Assembly (NCBI RefSeq): GCF_001598795.1
Contig: NZ_BCZP01000030.1
Coordinates: 7,454 to 47,453, forward strand
Direction of reading: 5' to 3'
DNA length: 40,000 nt
Source: Delftia acidovorans NBRC 14950
GTDB lineage: Bacteria > Pseudomonadota > Gammaproteobacteria > Burkholderiales > Burkholderiaceae_C
A model generated the notes under the pieces. That model had not been told where the DNA came from and searched no databases. It saw only the letters and a list, made by a program, of their open reading frames with translations. Position numbers and translations under genes: made by a program. Within the stretch, counting starts at the first letter, position 1. Each line of letters starts with the position of its first letter. This document shows, one piece after another, positions 33,596 to 40,000 of this stretch.

Positions 33596-34615
33596 TCAAT
33601 CCATTTTGATGTTGGCGGCCTTGATCACGCCGCTCCACAGCGCCTGTTCCGAGCGCACGAAGCCTGCGAACTGCTGCGGCGTCATCTCCATGGGCTGTAT
33701 GCCGATCTCTTCGAGCTTGGCACGCGTTTCGGGGTGGCGCAGGGCGGTGGCCAGGCTTTTGTTCAGGCGCTCGGTGAGCGCGGGGCTCAGGTGGGCGGGG
33801 CCGACGAAGCCCTGCCAGGCATAGGCTTCGAAGCCGGGCACGCCGGCTTCGGCCATGGTGGGTACGTCGGGCAGGATGGGCAGGCGCTGGGGCGTGGCCA
33901 CGGCCAGCACGCGCAGCTTGCCCGCGCGGATGGCCGAGATGCTGGGCGGCAGGTCCACGAACATGGACTGGATCTGTCCCGCCATAAGGTCCTGCAGCGC
34001 CGGGGCCGAGCCCTTGTAGGCCACGTGCAGGATCTGGGTGCCCGTGCGCTGCTTGAACAGCTCCAGTGCCACGTGCAGCGGCGAGCCCGGGCCCGACGAG
34101 GCCGAGGAGATGCCGCCCGGCTCCTTGCGCGCCATCGCCAGGAATTCCTGCACATTCTTCGCAGGGAAGGACGGATGCACGGCCAGCACTAGCGGCATGC
34201 GGCCCAGGCCGCCGATGTAGCTGAAGTCCTTGCCCGCGTCATAGCTCAGGCGCGCATACATGGCGGGGTTGAAGGCCAGCGTGCCTGAGTCGGCCGTGCC
34301 CAGCGTGTAGCCATCGGCCGGGGCGCGTGCGATCAGCGTGGCGCCGATGATGCTGGCCGCGCCGGGACGGTTGTCCACCACCACGGGCTGGCCCAGGTCC
34401 TTGCCCATCTGCACGGCCAGCTGGCGGGCGATCACGTCGGTGGTGCCGCCCGGTGCGTAGGGCACCACCCATTTGACGGGCTGGGTGGGCCAGGCTGGCG
34501 CACTCTGGGAGGACGGGGCTGGGGTGGATTGCGCCTGGGCGGTGCCCATGCCCAGCGTCAGCAGGGCGCAGGAAAGCCAGGCCTGGCGGTGCAGGGCCAT
34601 TGGGTTGAACAGCAT
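33596..34615 (-). CDS. Bug-family (TctC-like) substrate-binding protein
   Basis: 339 aa from ATG 34615, with GGAGA RBS (complement of 34622-34626). Signal ...GTAQAQ. It has PVKWVVPYAPGGTTD, VDNRPGAASIIG, PADGYTL and VAYKG. Confidence 0.9.
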   Translation of the reverse strand: MLFNPMALHRQAWLSCALLTLGMGTAQAQSTPAPSSQSAPAWPTQPVKWVVPYAPGGTTDVIARQLAVQMGKDLGQPVVVDNRPGAASIIGATLIARAPADGYTLGTADSGTLAFNPAMYARLSYDAGKDFSYIGGLGRMPLVLAVHPSFPAKNVQEFLAMARKEPGGISSASSGPGSPLHVALELFKQRTGTQILHVAYKGSAPALQDLMAGQIQSMFVDLPPSISAIRAGKLRVLAVATPQRLPILPDVPTMAEAGVPGFEAYAWQGFVGPAHLSPALTERLNKSLATALRHPETRAKLEEIGIQPMEMTPQQFAGFVRSEQALWSGVIKAANIKMD

Positions 34616-34659
34616 TTTTTGTCTCCGGTGGTTTTTATGGGTGTCTGTTGCGCCGTGCT

Positions 34660-35463
34660 TCAGCGCGGCCGCAGCATCCATTCGTGCGCGGGGTCGTTGC
34701 GGAAGGCCCAGCGCCGCTCGGGCCCGGCCATGGTGTTGAGGTAGTAGAGGTCGTAGCCGTGCGGGGCCACGCAGGGGTGGTAGCCGCGCGGCACCATCAC
34801 GGTGTCGCGGTGCTCCACCGCCATGGCTTCGTCGATGCTGCGGTCATCGGTGTAGACGCGCTGGAAGGCAAAGCCCTGGCTGGGGTTGAGCAGGTGGAAG
34901 TAGGTTTCCTCCAGCACGGTCTCGGCGTCCGGCGCGGCGGGGTCGGCGCTGTCGTGCTTGTGCGGCGGATAGCTGGACGAGTTGCCTGCGGGCGTGATGA
35001 CCTCGACCACCAGCAGGGACTCGGCCGCCTCGGTCTCGGGCAGGATGTCGCAGACATGGCGCGTGTTGCTGCCCTGGCCGCGCACGCTGCGGCGCATGCT
35101 TTCGGGCGCGATCACGCGCGTGGCGTGGCGGCCCGTGGCGGGTGCGGCGCTCAAGGCAATGTCGGCCGGGCCGCGCGCCGTGATGCGCAGGCTTTGGCCG
35201 GGCGGCACGTAGACGGCCGTGGGCGCACCCTCCTCGAACACGCTGGCGCGGCTGCCCAGGGCGCTGAACGCCTGGCTGCCGACCTGCACATCCACCTGGC
35301 CGGTGAGCACGGTGATGCAGTATTCGAGCGGGCCGGTGGACAGTGCCTCCACCTCGCCTGCCTGCAGCCGCAGGGCCTTGAAGTGGATGTGCTTCCAACC
35401 CGCGCTGGCGGGCGTGATGTCTGTGACGACGCGGCCGGGCGCGGCCTTGACGAGAAGGCTCAT
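34660..35463 (-). CDS. iolB: 5-deoxy-glucuronate isomerase IolB
   Basis: 267 aa. It has SSYPPHKHD, EETYFH, GFAFQRVYTDD and VPRGYHPCVAPHGYDLYYLNTMAG, which are IolB cupin signatures. An ATGA overlap with the iolC stop sits at 35460-35463. Confidence 0.88.
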   Translation of the reverse strand: MSLLVKAAPGRVVTDITPASAGWKHIHFKALRLQAGEVEALSTGPLEYCITVLTGQVDVQVGSQAFSALGSRASVFEEGAPTAVYVPPGQSLRITARGPADIALSAAPATGRHATRVIAPESMRRSVRGQGSNTRHVCDILPETEAAESLLVVEVITPAGNSSSYPPHKHDSADPAAPDAETVLEETYFHLLNPSQGFAFQRVYTDDRSIDEAMAVEHRDTVMVPRGYHPCVAPHGYDLYYLNTMAGPERRWAFRNDPAHEWMLRPR

Positions 35464-37439
35464 GCCGCGGCTCCTTCGGTGATGTCCTGGCGCGCGGCCA
35501 CGCGGCTGGCATCCCAGCCCGCGATCAGCGCGCGGAAGTTGGCGGCGACGGCATCGCGCAGCGCGGCGTCGTCCAGCTCGTTGCGCAGCCACTGCAGCGC
35601 GGGTCCGGCCCAGACGCTGCGGCCGATCATGAAACCCTTGACCACGGGCGCCCGCGCCTGGGCAAAGCCCTGCACCAGTTGCTCCACGGGCTGGGACAGG
35701 CCCAGGATCACGGCGCCCCGGCACCAGGGATCGCGTTCGTTCACCAGGGCGTCCAGCGCCTCCCAGTTCTCGCGCGCCATGGTGCCGACCTTCCACCATT
35801 CGGGCTTGAGGCCCAGGTCGTAGAAATGGCGTATGGCGCGCAGCACGGCCTCGCCCCGGTCGTCGGGTGCCAGGGTGTCCTTTGGCGGGATCACTTCCAG
35901 CAGCAGCTCATGGCCGCTGGCGCGCGTGGCGGTCCAGACCTGCTGCAGCCAGGCATCCTGCTCGGCGCGCAGTGCGGGCGTGTCGTCGGGGTGGTAGAAG
36001 ACCAGGCATTTGACGGTATGGCTTTGCGGCCAGTGCAGCAGCTCGGAAGCCAGCGAGTCCGTGCCGTCAAAGCGCAGCGGGCGCGAGCCCGGCAGCTCGA
36101 TGGGCCGGCCTATCCACCAGCCGCGTCCCGTGGCGTCGTGCAGCGCGGCCTCGCCCAGGTGATGGCGGCCGTCGATCAGCACGCCCATGCGGCCCGCGTT
36201 GCCCGGATCGCGCTCGACCTGGGCGACCACCTCGTTGATCAGCCGCTTGAGCGGGCGCAGCCGCGCGGGCGCTGCGCCGGCCTCGCGCGCCAGATCGTCG
36301 AACTGGCTGCGGTGGTCATAGGCCAGCACGCACAGCGCGGGCCACTGCGGCCGCGCCCGGCTGACGCGGTGCAGGTGGGACAGCTCGGGGTCCTGGTCGG
36401 GACGCGGATGGCGGTGGCCCGAGAACCAGTGCGCCAGCTCGGCCTGCGTGGGCATGGCCGGCGCGCAGCCATGGCGCGAGACCACGATGGCTCCGCAGGC
36501 GTTGGCAATCGCCGCAGATTCCTCCAGGCTCTTGCCGCGCAGCAGCCCGGACAGCAGGCCCGAGGCAAAGGCATCGCCCGCGCCCAGCACATTGAGCACT
36601 TCCACGCGCTCGCCCAGCACCGTGGGCGCATCGGCGATCGCATCGGGCACCTCGCCCTCGATCAGCGAGCAGCCCAGCGGCCCGCGCTTGACCACGAAGA
36701 CGGCGCGGCTGCATTCGCGCACGCGGCGCAGGCTGGCGATCAGGTCGCCCTCCACGCCGCCGGCGATCAGCCATTCCTCTTCGGTGCCGATGATGAGTTC
36801 GAACTGGCCCAGCTCGGCCTGCAGCCTGCGGCTGACCTCGGCGCTGGCCACATAGCGTGTCTCGCCATCGCCCCGTCCGGCCAGGCCCCACAGCACGGGC
36901 CGGTAGTCGATGTCCAGCACGCGCACCAGGCCGTGGCGGCCAGCCATCTCCAGTGCCTTGCGGCTGGCGGCCAGCACGCCGGGTGCGCTCAGGTGGGTGC
37001 CCGTGATGGCCAGGCAGCGGCAGCGGGCCAGGAACGCCTCGCTGATGGCTGCGGCGTCCAGGGCCATGTCGGCGCAGTTCTCGCGGGCGAAGAGCAGGGG
37101 GAAGGTCTCCTGGTCCTTGATGCCCAGCAGCACCATGCCGGTCAGGCGCTGGGCATCGACCTGCACCTGGCTGGTGTCGCAGCCCTCGCGGCGCAGCGTC
37201 TCGACCAGGAAGCGGCCATTTTGTTCATCGCCCACGCGCGAAATCATGGCCGAGCGCAGCCCCAGGCGCGCCGTGCCGAAAGCCATGTTGCCCGAGGAGC
37301 CGCCCAGGTACTTGGCAAAGCTGCTGGCCTCCTTCAGGCTGCAGCCGATCTGCTGCGCGTAAAGGTCCACGGCCAGTCGGCCCAGGCAGGCCACGTCCAG
37401 CGGCCGGTCGGAGGGAAAGTTCAGCATGCTCATCGTCAT
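35460..37439 (-). CDS. iolC: Bifunctional 5-dehydro-2-deoxygluconokinase (IolC, PfkB fold) fused to a DUF2090-type 5-dehydro-2-deoxyphosphogluconate aldolase-like domain
   Basis: The N-terminal half is a PfkB kinase (DVACLGRLAVDLY...; NVLGAGDAFASGLLSG anion-hole motif). The ~320-aa C-terminal extension is of the type fused to IolC in many proteobacteria. The start is ambiguous: ATG at 37439, 37433 or 37427, or GTG at 37460. Confidence 0.88.
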   Translation of the reverse strand: MTMSMLNFPSDRPLDVACLGRLAVDLYAQQIGCSLKEASSFAKYLGGSSGNMAFGTARLGLRSAMISRVGDEQNGRFLVETLRREGCDTSQVQVDAQRLTGMVLLGIKDQETFPLLFARENCADMALDAAAISEAFLARCRCLAITGTHLSAPGVLAASRKALEMAGRHGLVRVLDIDYRPVLWGLAGRGDGETRYVASAEVSRRLQAELGQFELIIGTEEEWLIAGGVEGDLIASLRRVRECSRAVFVVKRGPLGCSLIEGEVPDAIADAPTVLGERVEVLNVLGAGDAFASGLLSGLLRGKSLEESAAIANACGAIVVSRHGCAPAMPTQAELAHWFSGHRHPRPDQDPELSHLHRVSRARPQWPALCVLAYDHRSQFDDLAREAGAAPARLRPLKRLINEVVAQVERDPGNAGRMGVLIDGRHHLGEAALHDATGRGWWIGRPIELPGSRPLRFDGTDSLASELLHWPQSHTVKCLVFYHPDDTPALRAEQDAWLQQVWTATRASGHELLLEVIPPKDTLAPDDRGEAVLRAIRHFYDLGLKPEWWKVGTMARENWEALDALVNERDPWCRGAVILGLSQPVEQLVQGFAQARAPVVKGFMIGRSVWAGPALQWLRNELDDAALRDAVAANFRALIAGWDASRVAARQDITEGAAA

Positions 37440-37508
37440 AGGCCTGTGCGTTGCGGACACCCACGTGCGGGCCTGTCCATAATCGTTGCGTGCATGCGAT
37501 CATAGATC

Positions 37509-37549
37509 GAAATAGAAAAAGTTTTCCATATATATGAAAAATAGAAAAA
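37509..37549. promoter_or_regulatory. Candidate operator in the iolC / RpiR-regulator divergent region
   Basis: The direct repeat AAATAGAAAAA occurs at 37510-37520 and 37539-37549. The two copies flank the perfect palindrome CATATATATG (37527-37536), which contains the regulator's ATG (37534). This is the most AT-rich spot of the window. Confidence 0.4.
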
Positions 37550-38430
37550 CCCTTGGCGATGCAGGCGCCCCCTCGCTGGCCGGCCCCTACGCTGACCGCG
37601 CCGCCTTCCTCACCGTGCTGCGCGAAGGCTTCGAGGCCCTGAGCCGCCAGCTCAAGGCCATCGGCCGCCATGTGGAAATGCAGGGTGATCGCCTGGCCTT
37701 CGACGGCATCCAGGCCACGGCCGAGCAATGTGGCGTGCAGCCTTCGGCCGTGGTGCGCTTTGCCAAGCATTTCGGGTTCTCGGGGTACTCGGAACTGCAG
37801 GCGCTGTTCCGCGCCGATGCGGCGCGCCAGCTCTCGGCCCAGCATGACTACCAGGATCGCATCCGGGGCCTGATCGCCTCGGGCAACGAGCCACGCAGCA
37901 GCGCGCGCCTGGCGCACGAGGTCATCGAAGGCAGCATCGAAAGCCTGCAGGCCCTGCAGCGCGGTCTGCCGCCCGAGCAGTTCGAGGCGGCGGTGGACCT
38001 CATGCTGGATGCCCCCTCGCTGTGGCTGGCCGCCTCGCGCCGGGCCTTCCCCGTCGGCGCCTACCTGGCCTATGCGCTGCAGCACACCGAAAAGCCCGTG
38101 CACTGGCTGCACGGCCTGGGCGCCATGCAAAAGGGCGAGCTGCGCGCGCTGGCGCCCGGCGACGTGATGCTGGCCGTCTCCTTCGAGCCCTATGCGCCCG
38201 AAACGCTGGAAATGGTGGACGCGGCCCTGGCACGCGGCGCGCGCCTGCTGGCGCTGACCGACAGCCAGCTCAGCCCCCTGGCATCCCGCGCCACCGTCAC
38301 CTTGCTGGCCCAGGACGCAGCCACTTTCGGCTTTCGCTCGCTGACCAGCACGCTGACCCTGGCGCAGTCGCTGTTCCTGGCGCTGGCCTACCGGATGGAG
38401 CTGGCGTACGAGCCGTCCCGCAAGCCTTAG
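37534..38430 (+). CDS. RpiR/MurR-family transcriptional regulator (HTH_6 + SIS domain), likely the inositol-catabolism repressor (IolR-type)
   Basis: HTH ...ATAEQCGVQPSAVVRFAKHFGFSGYSELQ. The C-terminal SIS domain contains ...GDVMLAVSFEPYAPETLEMVDAALARGARLLALTD. It is divergent from iolCB. Proteobacterial IolR proteins belong to this family (established knowledge). Confidence 0.85.
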   Translation: MKNRKTLGDAGAPSLAGPYADRAAFLTVLREGFEALSRQLKAIGRHVEMQGDRLAFDGIQATAEQCGVQPSAVVRFAKHFGFSGYSELQALFRADAARQLSAQHDYQDRIRGLIASGNEPRSSARLAHEVIEGSIESLQALQRGLPPEQFEAAVDLMLDAPSLWLAASRRAFPVGAYLAYALQHTEKPVHWLHGLGAMQKGELRALAPGDVMLAVSFEPYAPETLEMVDAALARGARLLALTDSQLSPLASRATVTLLAQDAATFGFRSLTSTLTLAQSLFLALAYRMELAYEPSRKP

Positions 38431-38445
38431 AAGAGGGTGTTGGTG

Positions 38446-39444
38446 TCAGCCGGCCGCCGCCGCGCGCAGCAGCCGGTCGCGCACGCCTTCCCAGTCCGGC
38501 GTGTCGGGCGGGGTCTCGATCCAGATCAGCCTGGCGCCGACTTCATCGAAGTCGCGCAGGGCGCCGAACAGCTCGCGCGCGGTGGCGGCGGCGTCGGCGG
38601 GCATGGCGCGCAGCGTGACGGCGCGCGATGCAGTGCGCAGCGGTGTGCGGTGGTAGACGGCCAGGTTCCTGGCGTCGGCGCCCAGCACGTCCAGCCCGGC
38701 CTGCAGCTGCTTTGCGTCCATGAGGCGCACCTGGGCGTTGGGCGCGTAGTGGGCCAGCAGGGTGCCGGAGGCGCGTGGCGTGTTTTCCTGCAGCTCTTCC
38801 TTGGACAGGGGGCGCTGGCCGCAGGCGCGCTCGATATCGTCGCGCGTGATGGCGCCGGGGCGCAGCAGCACGGGCACGCCGCGCGTGCAGTCCACGATGG
38901 TCGATTCAATCCCCACTTCGCAGGCGCCGCCGTCCAGCACCAGCAGCGTGTCGCCGAACTCGCCGGCCACATGGGCCGCCGTGGTGGGGCTGACGCGGCC
39001 GAACTTGTTGGCGCTGGGCGCCGACACGCCCCAGACGGGCGGCTGCAGCTGCTGGCAGGCGGCCAGCACGGCATGGGCGACGGGATGGGAGGGGCAGCGC
39101 AGGCCCACGCTGTCCTGGCCGCCGGTCGAGGCCCGGGCGGCCTGGGGCAGGCGCGGCAGGATCAGGGTCAGCGGGCCGGGCCAGAAGGCGTCGATCAGCT
39201 GCTGCGCGAACAGCGGCACTTCACGTGCGTAGCGCGTGATGGCGCCGCTGTCGGCCACATGCACGATGAGCGGATGGTTGGGCGGCCTGCCCTTGGCGGT
39301 GAAGATCTGCGCGACGGCCGCGTCGTTGTCGGCGTCGGCCGCTAGGCCGTAGACGGTTTCCGTGGGCAGGCCCAGCAGTTCGCCGCGCTGCAGCGCCTGT
39401 GCGGCGGCCTGGACAGAGGCCGCCAGCGTTCCATCAAGAATCAT
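38446..39444 (-). CDS. tsaC: L-threonylcarbamoyladenylate synthase, long Sua5-type (YrdC domain + Sua5 C-terminal domain)
   Basis: 332 aa from ATG 39444. It has PTETVYGLAADA, KGRP..HPLIVHV, WPGPLTLIL, G.R.PSHP and SAPSANKFGRVSPT, followed by an extra ~120-aa C-terminal domain. Confidence 0.88.
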   Translation of the reverse strand: MILDGTLAASVQAAAQALQRGELLGLPTETVYGLAADADNDAAVAQIFTAKGRPPNHPLIVHVADSGAITRYAREVPLFAQQLIDAFWPGPLTLILPRLPQAARASTGGQDSVGLRCPSHPVAHAVLAACQQLQPPVWGVSAPSANKFGRVSPTTAAHVAGEFGDTLLVLDGGACEVGIESTIVDCTRGVPVLLRPGAITRDDIERACGQRPLSKEELQENTPRASGTLLAHYAPNAQVRLMDAKQLQAGLDVLGADARNLAVYHRTPLRTASRAVTLRAMPADAAATARELFGALRDFDEVGARLIWIETPPDTPDWEGVRDRLLRAAAAG

Positions 39445-39455
39445 CGCGTGGGCCT

Positions 39456-40000
39456 TCAGAACGGCTCTATGCCCAGGATGGCAGCGGCCTGCAGCGCCAC
39501 AGCGCGCACCGCTTCGGGCGTGGGTCCGGTGACGTTCAGGTGGCCCATCTTGCGGCCGCGCTTGGCGTCGTGCTTGCCGTACAGGTGCAGGTGACAGCCG
39601 GGCAGGGCCAGGACCTGGTCCCAGGCCGGCGCCTTGGCCTGTTCGCCGTCCTTGAACCACAGGTCGCCCAGCAGGTTCAGCATGATGGACGGGCTGTGCT
39701 GGCGCGGCTGCGTCAGCGGCAGGCCGGTCATGCAGCGCACCTGCAGCTCGAACTGCGAGACATCGCAGGCGTTCTGGCTGTAGTGGCCGCTGTTGTGCGG
39801 GCGCGGCGCGATCTCGTTGACCACGAGCATGCCGTCCTGCAGCACGAAGAATTCGACGCAGAGAACGCCCACGTAGTCCAGGCCGTCGGCCACGGAACGC
39901 GCGGCGGCCAGCGCCTGCTCGACCTGGGCCTGCGGCAGGTTGCCTTCGTAGACCTCGGTGACGGAGAGGATGCCTTCGCGGTGCAGGTTGCGCTGCACGG
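39456..40000 (-). CDS. purK: N5-carboxyaminoimidazole ribonucleotide synthase PurK, C-terminal part (5' end beyond window)
   Basis: ATP-grasp C-terminal blocks are GVL.VEFF......L.VNE.APRPHNSGH and HLYGK....GRKMGH. Confidence 0.88.
   Translation of the reverse strand, partial: VQRNLHREGILSVTEVYEGNLPQAQVEQALAAARSVADGLDYVGVLCVEFFVLQDGMLVVNEIAPRPHNSGHYSQNACDVSQFELQVRCMTGLPLTQPRQHSPSIMLNLLGDLWFKDGEQAKAPAWDQVLALPGCHLHLYGKHDAKRGRKMGHLNVTGPTPEAVRAVALQAAAILGIEPF

Overview
High-GC chromosomal segment with the gene content of a Burkholderiales or Comamonadaceae-type betaproteobacterium: three orphan Bug/TctC receptors, IclR-, LysR- and RpiR-controlled catabolic operons, a trimeric-porin gene and an OmpW gene. 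This taxonomic placement is an inference from gene content. I support 40 CDS, two of them truncated by the window edges. I found no rRNA, tRNA, CRISPR array, transposase, integrase, phage gene or recognisable defence gene.

Layout:
- 1-5650: oxidoreductase tail, MFS transporter, then a cupin / alpha-beta hydrolase / IclR / aspartate-dehydrogenase-family operon and mtnN.
- 5650-6940: the only clearly accessory-looking stretch. It holds inverted copies of a structured GC-rich repeat, one interrupted by a second hairpin-bearing module. These bracket an 82-codon ORF with atypical codon usage and a repeat-dense ~250-nt upstream region.
- 6944-19546: a long same-strand catabolic cluster of unassigned substrate. 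It contains SDR, IclR, SDR, ThDP enzyme, ALDH, extradiol-type VOC, Bug receptor, small ORF, phthalate-family Rieske oxygenase, PDR-type reductase, porin and MFS.
- 19553-22764: LysR plus a HAD / DSD1-type PLP enzyme / RidA operon.
- 22798-27813: housekeeping block of corA, tsaB-rimI-(degenerate UDG-like gene) and dacB.
- 28066-29902: SGNH lipoprotein and ompW.
- 29967-38430: mmsA/iolA, LysR, two Bug receptors, iolB, fused iolC and an RpiR-type regulator. This is the lower half of myo-inositol catabolism.
- 38446-40000: tsaC (Sua5-type) and the 3' part of purK.

I do not see a convincing novel multi-gene system such as a defence, secretion or mobile system. The observations most worth follow-up are:
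- the rimI-linked catalytically degenerate UDG-family protein, whose N-terminus resembles the clamp-loader-binding peptide of E. coli HolD (psi);
- the inverted-repeat-bounded cassette at 5.7-6.7 kb, where compensatory changes preserve hairpins;
- the unassigned Rieske / extradiol / ThDP catabolic cluster.

All product calls rest on motif and family recognition by eye from the translations. No database search was possible. The ORF track uses GTG/TTG starts and many of its ORFs carry spurious N-terminal extensions, so I re-picked starts from RBS and signal-peptide context.
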